A stretch of 64,000 nt of DNA from Bigelowiella natans CCMP2755 (Eukaryota; Protista; Cercozoa), in contig ADNK01001725.1 in assembly GCA_000320545.1 (NCBI GenBank), forward strand, positions 62,001 to 126,000, given 5' to 3'. The first letter of the stretch is position 1. Each line of letters begins with the position of its first letter. Below the pieces are notes generated by a model that was given only the letters and a program-made list of their open reading frames with translations, made no database searches and was not told the DNA's origin. Positions 12,521-26,570 of the stretch are shown in pieces. Made by a program: the position numbers and the translations under genes.

Positions 12521-13896
12521 GGAATGCAGCACTGCTTTGAATCCATAGGAGATAGATGATTGTTGAAGAAAAGTCGTTGTTTCTTATTAAATCATCTTCT
12601 AATTATGTCGAATATATCATCATATTTTACTACTTACGCCAAAAGGTTGACACGATATCAGATGTGCGGTTTTCGCCTCGGCGCATTGATTTTAGTGTGG
12701 GAGAAGACAACTTTTTTACGCGGCCAGTTGTCGCTGTGACCAGTGGGCTGTTGGATACGATGACCCAGAAGGGTATTCTTTTCTATGCAGAAAAGGTGTG
12801 TTCGGTATGTAGTAGTAGCATTCTGGCTTGATGATGGAAAGACTAGTATTTGATGATGAATAGACTCTTTTTTGTATTTGATCTTCTTCTTCTTCCTTCC
12901 TTCTGCTGTCAGGTTAATATGCTTGCAGCATCAATATCAGCGTTGATTCCTGTGGCTGTGTTCACGATAATCTGGGGTCTTTTGTTGTCCAGGATGGTTG
13001 GCGGGTGAGGGGAGTCAAAGCACAACAACGATGACAAGCGCTAATCATCATCATTATCATCACCACCAATCAATCAATAAACTACCGTGATCAGGGGTCA
13101 AGATGGAAACGTTGGGAAGATGGTTCCCCCCCCAGCAGTACCATCTGGTGGTAAGTACTTTGTTACCATTCATTTCACGAGAAGGGGGGGGTGGGGAGAT
13201 TGAGACACGAATTTGGCTAAACTAGAACTAATGCTGAACTCCCCCCCATCTCCCTCCCTCCTCCTCCTCCTTGGTCCTCCTTCCCTTTTTCCTTCTTCCT
13301 GTTGTTCATCATCATCATCATCACCATCATCATCATTTAGGTTTTGACATGGTAGCTGGTATTGATACAGCGAAGATGGAACTTGTAGAAATCGTTGATT
13401 TTCTCAAGGTGAGCGTCGCGTTATCCAACAAGTGTTATTTCTTTTATGGTGATGACAATGATGATGCAATGCTGATGATGATGATGGTGGTGGTGATGAT
13501 GAATGCCGGTTGAGGCTAACGATGCTAGAATAAACTAATATCGATCATCATGTACACTCCTAATCTTCTCCTTGATCCTCTTCTTCTTCGTCTTTGTATA
13601 TTATCTATTATATCCCCTTTGTTCAGAATCCTTCAAGATACCTAAAGACTGGTGCAAGGGTAGTATGATTACTGCATTTTCATCTTCCTCCCCCTCCATC
13701 ATCGTACTGTCCTCTCCCCCTCCCTGATATTGTTTGTGGCGGGTTTTTTGATACAACTCTTCTCGGTGTGTAATCTCAGCTACCAAAGGGGGTGTTAATG
13801 GTGGGTGAACCAGGAACAGGTTAGTAGTGGTAGAGTACGTACTACTCTGCCATCTCTTAACAAGTTTACGAGAAATTATGCTCATCTAGTTCTAAA

Positions 13897-13932
<36 letters not shown>

Positions 13933-15580
13933 GTTATATTAATGCAAAGCATTTCTTCAGTACCAATATCATCGTATTTTTATGTGACCCACAGCGCTGA
14001 CTCCTTTCTCTCTTCTCAGGCAAAACCTTGCTTGCACGTGCAATGGCGGGGGAGGCCGGGGTGCCGTTTTTCTATTGCTCTGGTTCTGAGGTGTGTGTGT
14101 GTGTGTGTGTGTGATTTATGATGTATGATATATGATGATTCAATTCAATGCTGTCCCTTGAAAGAAAGAGGAAGAAGAAAAAGAAGAATCATCATCATCA
14201 TCATTATCATCATCATTATCATCATCATTATCATCATCATCACCACCACCACCACCACCACCATCACGATTCATCAATCCTCCCACCGCATCGATTCCTC
14301 CTTTACCTGAAATCATTCATTCATTCCCCCCCCCCCCCCACCTTGCACCTTGCTTGCAGTTTGTCGAGATGTTCGTTGGCAGAGGTTAACTATACAGTAA
14401 GCATAACGTCCTAATAATGCTTGGGGTTATTTGAGTACAACAGCAAGAACAAGAGATTATAGTAGTCAAACACAGATCCTTAATACCGACGAAATACTAG
14501 AGTGTAGGTGTGTATTTTCACTCGCCATCCATTGGTAGTAGCATGTACTATTTCTCTCCGACGGAGAACAGACAGACGCATTTGATTGATATGCTTCATT
14601 GTCTCATCGAAGAGCTACTCATCAATATATAATGATGTCGTCATTCTCAATGAAAGCTTCTTCTTCTTCTTGTATTACTACTACTACTACTACTATTACC
14701 ACTACTACTACCACGTAGGTGCTTCCCGTTTGAGGAGCTTATTCAAAAGGGCCAGGGTACCACTAGTTAACACATGGCTTCATTAGTAAGGGAGGGGGGG
14801 GGGGGGGGGATAATGAAAATGTGCCTCAATACGCTTACATCGTTGACCTACTCTTCACGATTTGTGCCTTCTATTCTTTATCGCAAATCATCGATATCAT
14901 CATCTTCTTCTTCTTCTTCTTCTTCTTCTTCTTCTTGATGGTATTGGTGTATTGTATAGGCCTCAGCTCCTTGTGTCGTGTTTATCGATGAGTTGGATGC
15001 TTTAGGTAATGATAACTAGCTTCTGCTGCTGCAAGATCATAGTATTCGTAGCGCACAATAATAGATGAGTGCAATACATCCGTGGATTTACTTCTCATTG
15101 GTGTCACGAGTACTCTCCTCATATTCTGGATGCATATCATAATGATAATGATGATGGTGAGGATGATGATGATGATGAGGATGATGATGGAAAATAGGGA
15201 AAAAGAGAGATGGCGGAGTGTTCAGTGGAGGGGCAGCATCAGAAGTAGAACAAACACTCAATCAGGTACTAGTACTAGAACTGATAATAATAATAATGAT
15301 GATACAACAACAATTCCTAGTAGTAGTAGTAGTAGTAGTAGTAAAAGCATCTACCACTCCCTCATCCTTTCTGTTTCTCTACCACTCCCTCATCCTTTCT
15401 GTTTCTTATTGCTGATTGAGGAAATGATTCTATCTTCTTCTATCTTCCTCTTCTTGTTGTTGTTGCTGTTACTTCTACTACTGCTACTCATCAGCTTCTT
15501 GTTTGTATGGATGGGCTTGATACATCTCAAAACGGAGTTATCGTCCTAGGAGCTACAAATAGACCAGAAGTGAGTGTGTG

Positions 15581-15615
<35 letters not shown>

Positions 15616-15908
15616 CTGCTTCCTCTCCTTACTGCTAATACTACTACTACTACTACTAATACTACTACTTCAAAGGTGCTGGATGCAGCTTTATGTAGGC
15701 CAGGACGTTTTGACCGCATCGTGAAAATAGACAAGTAGTAGTGAGGAGAGTATGTGATGATAATGGTGATGATGATGATGATGATGATGATGGTGATGGT
15801 GATGGTGAAGATGATGACGACGTTACTACTGCAACATACTACCCACAACCCGCTACTTTGTCTTGTATTATGGAGAATCACTGTAAAGATGTTATTATAG
15901 AAGGGAAG

Positions 15909-15963
<55 letters not shown>

Positions 15964-16621
15964 GTGAAGAAGAAGAAGGAGAAAAAGATATTATTCCATA
16001 AGGCTGGAAAGGTGTATATTCAGTGTATATTCAATTGACAACAGGGTTCTCTACGTTTGAATCTACCACCATCACCATTACCACTGTCATTTTTTAAAAT
16101 ATTATCATTATTATCATCATTAATAGACCTGACCGTGAAGGAAGGGAAGCAATTTTAAAAGTGCACACAAAAGGCATGAAGTTGGCAAATGACGTCGATT
16201 TAGCCCTAGTCGCTTTTGAAACACCTGGCTTTTCTGGCGCAGAACTCGAGGTATTAGCAGCACCGCAATAGCACTACTCTCAATGGTGTGTGTGATGGTG
16301 GGTGGATTTGGATTAAGCGGTGTTTGACTTGTAGCATACGGAATGGAATCATAGTAAGCAACTTAACTATTGTCTACATGACCGTTGAAGCTACCACTCA
16401 TATTATCTATGCTCTTTATCACTTCTCTAGGGAGTGTGCAATGAAGCAGCAATAAGATCTGTTAGGAGAAAAGACGAGAATAACGTAGTATCACTGACAT
16501 TAGCTGTACCATTTTCTTCCGTCTCTTGTCGTTTGTTTGTTGAGCATTTCGTGCTGAATTGTGATACTGCTACTGAAATAATGCTCAGAATGCCACAAAT
16601 ATACCGATTTTCACTAACCAC

Positions 16622-16652
<31 letters not shown>

Positions 16653-16889
16653 ATTGTTGAGCCCGTTTTTGGCAGTTGCTATATGTCGTGATGATAGCAT
16701 TGTTCGCATGATAACTGGATATGTTACCGTCATATCATTTCATCAAATATTCTACAACATGCAGCTTATCAACGGGCAGGACTTTAGAATTGCACTTGAA
16801 GCCTTCATAAAGTCAAGGTAGTCGTTCATGCACATGCACACACATGTATACGTACGTAGTTGGTTCGTCGTCTTCATGTCATGGTAGTG

Positions 16890-16934
<45 letters not shown>

Positions 16935-17066
16935 GATCGGTCGATCATAGTTGATGTCTTCTCTTCGTTCAGGAGCGTGTTGACGAAGAATCCAATCAAA
17001 GACTTAGGATCAACTCTTAAAAATGCGCTCATAGGAGGGGACTCGCCCGGAAGCACTACTCGATGA
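11015..17066 (+). CDS. FtsH-like membrane AAA+ ATPase lacking the M41 protease domain (FtsHi-like), probable bipartite plastid leader
   Basis: About 20 GT-AG exons give two TM segments, [31 protein letters not shown], Walker A GEPGTGKT (13780-13819 plus 14020-14090), [12 protein letters not shown], Walker B VFIDELD (14960-15005) and [24 protein letters not shown]. Stop TGA 17064-17066 follows the AAA lid closely; no HEXXH motif seen. Confidence 0.88.
11615..11756. repeat. 47-bp tandem repeat x3 filling FtsH-like intron 1
   Basis: Unit agtctctatttctttcaacattttattccgcttcgtaaatccaacaa starts at 11615, 11662 and 11709. The array ends just before the acceptor AG at 11759-11760. Confidence 0.95.
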
Positions 17067-17926
17067 AGGGAATTAACAGCGAATGCTTCTATAATTTCAT
17101 GCTATCAAATGCTATGAGCTTAGTTCCATGTGTACAAAGAATAATAATAAAAATGATGTTATTGCCTCTAAAGTGTTGTAATAATCTATGGGCATCGCGC
17201 ACAGCTTTCGATCGTCATGTGCGCTGATTATGACTGATTAGAGGATATAAGCAAAGTTTTATTCGTGCTCGCAGATAGCCAGTATTGCATCAGCTTATCA
17301 CAGAATAATCGAGAGTCTATGTATATAGCATATGTAGCTGCGGCGCACAATGTGTCATTAATAGCAATATAGCTTAATGTAGTATAACTTGCACCTACGC
17401 TGCGCACACTCGTACGTGAGTACTTGCACAACAAATATTACATGTTTCATATGTGCAGTGTGAGACGGATGTAATGAAATGTTTAAATATATGTGCAGTG
17501 TGCTGTAAAAGATTGACCATCACTTCATATATATCCGTCTAATGTACAGGGTAGTACTCTGTAGTTAGCACGTGACAAGCGAGAACACGTAGACACGAAT
17601 CCGATGACTCTAGCATGAAGTTCTAGAGTTATTCGTCGAATAAGACTTTCAGCAATAAGTATAACTGATTTCCATTGCATGGTAGGTGATTCTGCCGTGT
17701 TTGCTAAACAACTTCGAGGGGTTGGTGGATTGTCATTGCGAATAAAATATCAATCATAATTTATTACATTCACGGGACAGCAGACGAACGACTGTTTGTC
17801 AAAGCATTGTTTGTCTTCTCGTTATAGTTTCTTTCCACCTCCTGAATCTGATGATTTATCGGGATCGAATGGTGGATTCAATAGCAGAGAGGAAGAGGGA
17901 AGAACAATGACGGTAAAAGGCAGCTC

Positions 17927-18196
17927 ATGCATTTGATTTTCGCCGAAAGAGAATTAGAATGTCCAGTGTGTCTAGATATTTTAGATAACCCTAAAATATT
18001 ATCATCATGTGGACACACATTATGTAAACAATGTATTATCGTAAGATTGTAAGATGAGTGAATGCTCTCGGCTTGTTATAACAGCATATTCTTACCTCAG
18101 AATCAAACCATCGCTCTGTACCATGCTCAACCTAATGACGTTAAAGCATATGAAAATGCTTGCTTGGGATACTACAAACGAGGATTAGCGTATTAG
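17927..18196 (+). pseudogene. Truncated C3HC4 RING finger plus TPR-like fragment
   Basis: MHLIFAERELECPVCLDILDNPKILSSCGHTLCKQCI is followed by a GT donor at 18041. The next exon (18101) reads NQTIALYHAQPNDVKAYENACLGYYKRGLAY*. The final CxxC of the RING is missing. Confidence 0.55.
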
Positions 18197-18426
18197 CGGG
18201 TAAGATGTATGCATATTACCTCAGCAAGCCGTCTCAGTAAGTCATCGAGAATTATTCTATACAAATGCAACAACATATACGTCGTAAGCATACATCATCC
18301 TTTAGATACTCATCCTCAAATGATGATACAACGTCGGGCATTTATCATTACATCCACTCAATTTTCGCGGGATAAAAATTTTAATGCAAGCGTTGACTCA
18401 TAATGTGTAATGTTTTTTGTTGTCGT

Positions 18427-18466
<40 letters not shown>

Positions 18467-18486
18467 CTGCCGTAGCCACGTATGTA

Positions 18487-18778
18487 TTACTGTAAAGTTT
18501 CTTTCGGATCTGAGAGCTTCAATCTTGTCTTTGCCGTGGCCTTCATTTCCATGATCACTTCCTTCTCCTCTTTAAATGCCCTGCTTTTCTCACTAGATGG
18601 ATGGATCAGGGGGGTTGTGTATGTAGCCACAACAGGGATGTAATATTACGACAACAACAACAACAACAACAACAAGAACAACAACACAGAAAGAATATCT
18701 AAAAATGCTATATGGAAGGTGACTATCATCATCCTACACAACAATAGCATAAGTACCACGGCCATTTACCATACAACA

Positions 18779-18810
<32 letters not shown>

Positions 18811-19142
18811 ATCTTGAGCTCTGTTAGGTTTTGCAGCATTCGTTGACGTTGCTGTCTTATGTGCGACATTTCAATCTCAATCTCCTGCATACATTATAAC
18901 CACAACAGCATCCAAAACAACGCCTCAATAAGAAGACAACAAACATGCGGTTGTTACAATAAGTTGTATAAACAGTGTGCTCGAGCAGAACGTAAAAGTA
19001 TAACATATGCCAGATAGTTGTGCTATGTATCAAATGAACCACACTTCCCCCACCCACTTTAACCAATACACGATTCTCTATCAAATGATGTGATAATGCT
19101 ACATTAACAACTGAGCATTAGCTTCACGAATGCATTCTAACC

Positions 19143-19177
<35 letters not shown>

Positions 19178-20629
19178 GCTTTTGCCGGTAACAGTTCCCA
19201 CTATCCCTCCTCCTCCCCCTTCTCTTCTTCCTCCTCCCCCTTCTCTACTTCCTCCTCCACCATCAGGTTGATCTTCAGCCTGCTTTCCACGCTCCCCCCT
19301 CGTTGTCATCTTCATCATCATCATCACACTACTCTTCCTCCTTCCTCCTCTGCTTCTATCTCTTGTTCTATGTTCACTTCTCCCTCTCCTCCCCATCCTC
19401 CTCTTCTCTTCAAAGCTGTTGTACGCATTTGCTGATTTCCCTCTATTTGAGGAGGTACCCACCCCCCTCCCAGCAGACGTCCTTGACGCTCTTAAACGCC
19501 CAAAGGAGGAAGAGGAGGAGGAGGAGGAATAGTGCTGATGGTGAGGACGTTTGTACTGGCCATTGCTATTGCTATTGGTATTACGGCTGTTGCTATTATG
19601 CCTCTCTGGGTATAAAGATGATGCTGATGCTGATGGTGGTGGGGGTGGTGGTGGACGCTTATGAGGAGCTCGCGTTCCCGTCATGGTAGTTGTAGTGGCA
19701 GTTGTCCTTTGCCGGCGACGTTGTTGGTGACGATTTGAGTAATCATCGTAGCCTGCTCTGTTGTTACGATGTTCTTGGTATTCTCGTTCCCGTCTCCCTC
19801 TTACTCCTCCTCCTCTTCCTCCTTCCCCTTCTTTGTGGTGGTGGCGGTTGCGATAGTTGTTGTTGTTGTTGTAGATTCGTGATTGTGGTCTACTACGATA
19901 TTCTCCTCGTCCTTCATTGACTCCCCCGCTAACTCCTCTTCCCTCCACCCCCTGCTCCTGGTAGCCACTCTCTTCTTTTACTGCCACCTTGTGGGGCGGG
20001 TGGTGTTGGGCTACATTCGTTGATGATGATGAGGAGGGGGAGGGCATTGTTGCTTTTGCTGTTGATTGTGCTTCTACTGGTACTGCTGTAGTTTTCTTTT
20101 GATGGCCAAGGAGGCTACCTGATGCCTTTTGGTCGTCACGGAATTGAGGAGGAGGAGGAGGAGGGGGGGGGGGGTTCAAATCACCACCCACACTACTACC
20201 ACCACCACCACCTCCTCCTCCTGCCCCACCCCCACCATCATCTGGCTTGGGATCGTCTACAACCACCTAGGAACGAGGAATAGGAGGACTTCACGTTAGC
20301 AGCTTCTATACAATGATAATGATGCGAAAACTACTACTTCATGTACTCGCACAACAACAAATCATTCTGGAACATCATAGCATATTATTCAAATACAAAT
20401 GTTGGCTTGTGATAGCTTTACCGGGCTAGAATCTGGCTCGTTGCAATGGTTCCCTCCTACATTCCTCTTCTTCTTCTTATACGATGTCAGTATTGAGTGA
20501 CTCTGCTTTATCGCCTTACTGTTTTGCTTTCCTGTCACCTTCTTCTTCGTCGCTGTCTCTACTTCATCTTCTTCCTCATTTTCATCATCGTACTCATCGA
20601 GAAGGTTGGTGGCCTTTAGTACACACACA

Positions 20630-20682
<53 letters not shown>

Positions 20683-20862
20683 GATGGACAAACAGACAAA
20701 GAGAGGGAGATGCTCTCACACATGCACACCACACAGCAATTGTTAATGTACGTGTTCACTGACATCGTGGGGAATGGAAGCGCAAGCCGTTGTTGCTCCG
20801 CCACCAGCACCACCGAAATAGTCGTATGAAAGAAATGTGGCGACACTGTCGATTCCAACGCC

Positions 20863-20893
<31 letters not shown>

Positions 20894-21058
20894 AAGAAGG
20901 AAAAGGTGAGGAAGAAGAATAAGAGAATGAGGACCGACAATGGTGTCAGTTATAAATATAATAACAACATAGGAAAATGACGATATATGGCAGCATATTG
21001 TCCTATTTTTAGGAGCAGCAGTGCTGCAATGGGAAAGGTGCGGCTTTTTTTATCTCTC

Positions 21059-21113
<55 letters not shown>

Positions 21114-21234
21114 TCGTGAAGCTCCTCCTTAATGTATGAATCTACCTGCTGTTGTCTTTGTGCAGCAATCTTCGGTGTTGTGTGAGACGGCGACTTGTTG
21201 ACCTGTGTGTGTGTCATTGTTACATAAAAACATA

Positions 21235-21303
<69 letters not shown>

Positions 21304-21660
21304 CGTAAGGAGTAAAAAGTTGTTGAGAAGGAATTATGATGATAATGATGATGATGATGATGATGATAGTGGCCTAAGTGAAAACTGTTAAGTTCTTAGA
21401 ACATAATCAACCTCCTTGCTGCGTTCTGCCGCGTTCGGTTGAATCGCCAACAGCAGTGCCTTTTCCTCCTCCTCCTCCTCCTCCTCCTCCTCCTCCTCCA
21501 CCCCGCAAGAAACTCAATCGCAGAGAAGCCAAGGAGGGAGAAGAAGAGCTGCAGTCAGCACCATAACTTAAACGACGACGACGTACCTACAATGCAAGTA
21601 GTAGAAGAAAAATTGTGTGTACGTGTGTACAGGGCCAATAATATCGGAATAATGCATCTA

Positions 21661-21695
<35 letters not shown>

Positions 21696-22120
21696 CTATA
21701 CTCTCGTCGTACTGGGAAGATGATAACTACTAGTCACCTCCTCCTCCTCCAGATTCGCGTGATAGCAGCATCCCAAAACTAGAAGCGGGAAGTAGACAAG
21801 CTTCCTCATGGTGTGGCCGCGATGATGAGAGGAGAAGCTTGGCATTGCCATCAAGTGGTGCTTGTTGTTGTTGTTGTAGTTGCAAGGGCGTACCACTAGT
21901 ACTGTTGCTCCTACTGTTACTAAGGCCTCCCTCCGTTCGTCGTCAGCAGCAACAGCAGCAGCAGGAGGAGCAGCTGCAATGGGTGGGTGGTGGCATGGTT
22001 GAATTTGCCGATGATGATGAGGATGAGGATGCTGATTGATGCGTTTGACTACTACTTCCAGCAGCAGCAGCAGCAGCAGCAGTAGCAGCAACAGTAGCAC
22101 AACAGTAGCAGTAGATTTTG
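18487..22120 (-). CDS. Hypothetical low-complexity protein (Gly/Arg/Ser/Asn-rich) with C-terminal coiled-coil; 5' end uncertain
   Basis: A 1.1-kb open exon (20266-19140) plus several GT-AG exons. The last exons read EIEIEMSHIRQQRQRMLQNLTELK and EKSRAFKEEKEVIMEMKATAKTRLKLSDPKETLQ* (stop 18487-18489). No recognisable domain. Confidence 0.6.
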
Positions 22121-22873
22121 TCCATGCGACAAGGCAATTCACCTTGTCGTCCTTGCAAAACAAGATGGATGGATCGATCGTCCTTTGATGATCTGGGGAT
22201 TCGAACACCGGGTTGCCTCCCTCACTGTTGATGGTGAGCACACACTTCTCATGCGTCTCACCATGATCCTTTCAACCGCTCCAATGAAACACTTCTTTCT
22301 ATTTTTCTTTCTTTCTTCTCATGCGATCAATTCATTGTTCAAAGTTTCAGTCGCACTTTGCAGTGTGAGGCGCGTCAACATTCAGTCAGCAGCGCGTGCA
22401 TGGATGCAATTTTTCATCCAACACACACGACACAATTCGATGCAGGTCAGTGCCAGAACGTCGTGGACAGCTAGACAGGCATCATGTAATCACTCACTCG
22501 TGTGCACAGTGACGCACAGGCCGTGCTAGCGTGCTAGAGTGCTAGCGTGGCGCGAACTAGCTGCATGTCACAATGGACTGAAAATGTCGATGTCGTCGAC
22601 GAACACCTCACAGGCTCTCGTGCCTATCGCACAACAAATGGGGCGTTGACAACTTTCTGCCTCACCATGCGACATGCAATCCACATAACTGAGCGTGCGA
22701 GACTCTACCATGAAATCCCATCTGAACACATAATCTCTAGCTAGTCGTGACAATTCTCTTCTTGAGTACAGACAGTCTCGTTGCATGATCAAGGAGGGCA
22801 ATATACCTCGCACTAGCCAACTATCGAAGAATAATTTTAGCAAATCGTCGAACTCAGTTCTGAGTTGTTCGGC

Positions 22874-25776
22874 CTATTTACTATTTGTTCCCATTACTTG
22901 ATACGTGATCCAATTCGAAACTTCTAAGCAACGAACCTATCATATCATAGAACATTCATCGGTTCTTCTTGGCTGAATTAGGCGTATTCCTCCCACTCGC
23001 TATCACCGTATAATAGTATTGTACACACGTTTGAATCCACTAGATCATGGTCTATTCCAAGCTGCCATTTCAAATGAAAAGCAGCCTTCTCATCCCTTTG
23101 ATTCGTTCCTCCTCCCTCATGAAGCTTTATTAGCGTCGATATGTACCTTGACATCGTGGTAGTAACGGAGGAATATTGAGTCATATACATCACGCTAGTA
23201 ACAACATTCACTTCATCACCCGCTTTCGATTTACTAAAGAGGAACTATTTTCCCTATGTAGCGGTCAGACACCGTCATTGTCATCCACATCTTATTCGTT
23301 GCCAACTTGCGCTATATATATTATATATTTGCCTAATCATTGCATGCAAGCACCACTTGTTCCTCCTCCTCTTCATCATCATCACCATCATCATCATCTT
23401 CATCTTCTTCTTCTTCTAATTTTTATTCTCATTATCATAATGTGACCACGGATTCAACCTATCTGCTGCTTCTTCATTTTCGAAATATCCTAAATAGAGT
23501 ATAGAGAAGGAAGGAGAGAGAGAGGGGGGTCTTAGAGACGCTGAACAGGTGTTCGATGCTGACTAGCAAAAACAAATATCAATAAAACTACAACAACGTG
23601 TTGGAAGGAGGAAATGCAGAGTTGAGCCGCCACTTGCAAAAAATGCAACTGCAATATGGAGGAGCATTAAGATTACAGGTAGAGGACAGTGACCGTTCTG
23701 AAGCATAAAGGCTTTCCTGCATCTCAACAGCATTGCTAACTCGTAAAAGTTGTACTCAGGATGATACCTAACATACATTGTTATCATGTTGGTGCTCGTA
23801 AAGAGCTCAATCTAAAGCTGCAATGTTTACCGATGTGCCGTGACACGTTAGTGATTAGAATAACACATCATAAATAGCCTTAGTAGGCCTTTCGCCAAAC
23901 TGTGAAAGATTTCTTTTTATTTGACATGGTATTACTGTACAGCCCAGAAGCTTCCATTGAGATGGTTGATAGTAGCTGCCTACAGGTGAGAGATAAGCAA
24001 CAGCCAATGGGATGTAATGGGATCACAATAACAACAATTGATAGTCAATACTTATGCAGTATAGCAAGTTAGAGGTAGAAACAATAGAGAAGATACTACG
24101 CCAGTGCCCGCAAAGAAGCTTTAATGAAACCACAATGAAGAGTAGCAGCAGCAGCAGTAGTATTCAATTGTATTGTGCTGTATTGTATTGTATTGTGTTG
24201 TATGAGGAGGAGGAAGTACTTGGATTGATGTATGATAGTTTCCAGCTAGTACTAACCCTCCTAGTTATTATTTGCAAGTAGTAATCACAATTTTAGTAAA
24301 GGTGAAGAAGATGATAATGAACTAAAATACACACAAATATACACGGTTTCGACTGTGAATTGTCACTATCATTTCCGTAGTCACGACAACAATCATAACA
24401 AAATACTGCTACTACAACTTCTACTACTACTATCACAACTGCTAGTAGTAAAAGCAGCATTCTACTAGTAAGCACCTGGTGGCAAGTGTGTCGCCTCGTC
24501 GAAATGAGATGTAAATGCATCGAAAACCGTGCTTTTCCCTAAAGACAAGATCATCATCACGAAAGAGTCTCTTCTAACCTCTCACTCACTAGAAGTAGCA
24601 TCTACGTATGGCATCTCTGAACATCCTCTCCTCTACTTTCTATGGCTTAGTAAATGTGCCAAAGAAGCAATCTATCAACAACACAAGGTGCGGCAGTACG
24701 CTATCAACATCTCTAGTAGAAGTACTGCGCTCCAAAGGTGACAGTGATACAATGATATAATGAGGAGGAGAAGGAAAGAGAGGGGGATATGACCATGAAA
24801 CATAGGATGGGAACGACCGGCTTCTGTCAACTACATCAGATTATTTTGTTTACAAGTTAGTAGTGGTAGTAGTAGTAGTAGTAGTAGTTAAAGTAGTGAA
24901 TAGTTGCAGTACAACTCATTCACTTACTGATTTCCTTGCTCTATCCCCCACTCTACTTTTGCAATCGATCTTGTCAATTGGTTGGTAGGACTGACCTGGA
25001 TCTTTCGGGAGATACCAACCTCTCTTCCCCTTGGGTTTTTCATGCAAACGCCACCAGCAGCTACGACAGCTACCTAGACGACCACGAGATGACAATTACC
25101 AAGAGAAAGAGCAGAATGAAGACAAAAATAGAAACAAGCATCGGTAATATTTGCTACCAAGGAAGCATACAGAAAACGCACAAAAAACGTACTACGACCT
25201 GCAATGCCCAGCAGCTTCCGAATTGAGGGATTCCAGCCATAAAAACATCCTTGCAAAAACTAAACAACGGCAGCCAACAACGATAATGGAATAGTAATGG
25301 CGACATAACAATGAAGACGAAAAGGAGGTGAAGAAGGTGGTGAAAGAGGAAGAGGAGGAGGGTGAGAATACCGGCAAGAAGAAAATAAAAATAAATCATG
25401 TGTGACAAAGTGGTGTCATAGAAACTACTACTTCGTACTTCCGTTCCAGATAACAAATACTACAAATGCTGCTGCAAATTCTTACTCTATCTGTTTATTG
25501 ACATTGCACTCTCCAGAGTAGATTGTAAGAGATGACCCCGTCCAGGCAACTAATAGCAACAGTAGTAAGTAGTAGTAGTAGTAGTAGAAATGAGTAAGTT
25601 TTAGGGTTTATATGTTCTCTGTTTATCTGTACTTGTTACAACGCAAATGTATTCTAAGATTGTACTACCTCCATCGTATTGCTCAATATCAGCTATTCGT
25701 AATGAGAAGTTATCGTCTGCAGGATAAACAATATCCACTTCGCAAGGAGTCTGCACAATCAAGAGGAGAGGAGAGA

Positions 25777-25808
<32 letters not shown>

Positions 25809-25932
25809 AGCGACAAGGGAGAAAAAAATAACAAAGGAAGTCAAGTGCGCTAAGAAGCATGTTTCACTGTCCACCTTCCCCTTCCTTCACCTTCTCTCTC
25901 CCTCTCTCACTCTCCGTGTGTGCTTTTGAAGT

Positions 25933-25976
<44 letters not shown>

Positions 25977-26226
25977 AGGAGCACAGAGCACAATAATAAG
26001 GCACGACGGTGTGCTACTCAGACCGGGGTATGATTCCTTAGCATATTTTCATAAAGCACTCCTGCAGTCGAAGCGCCTCTAAACAAATGAACAAAAGGGA
26101 GGGCGAGGAGGATGTTTATTCGCTCATCTTATGCTTTGCTTGGATGATACGGTTGAAGAACTTAGGTTGCAACCAAGCATTATTCTTCGCCGCGATCGAG
26201 TCGAAAAACACACAACCGGCTCAACG

Positions 26227-26259
<33 letters not shown>

Positions 26260-26570
26260 CAGCATCATTAGTATAATCAGTGATTCCCCATCATCCACCA
26301 CCACCACCATCACCCTTGCATGAGCTCCTTGCGTCCGTCCTCAGAGTAGCCATCTAGGACAAGGTACTTCACGACCTTACCAACACTTCTTTTTCCTCTG
26401 AAATGTTGTTGCCCAAAAAGCAAGATTCAAGAGCGAGCGAGGAAGTATTGATAATCATGCAGAAGAAAGGCGAATGTTGTGTGAAGTACGGAAACGTCAT
26501 CGTACTCTGCATGAGACGATGATGAAGAAGAGAAGGATCTCCTACAGCTGGAGAGGAATCGGCGATACAT
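22874..26570 (-). CDS. Stand-alone class I glutamine amidotransferase-like protein with mitochondrial-type presequence
   Basis: Exons assemble to MYRRFLSSCRRSFSSSSSSHA..VKYLVLDGYSEDGRKEL..YDGVAWTGSSLTIY..GIPQFGSCWALQ (nucleophile Cys)..FDAFTSHFDE..FWAVQYHPEY (His-Pro-Glu)..WQLGIDHDL..VRCLEVSNWITYQVMGTNSK* (stop 22874-22876). Confidence 0.85.
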
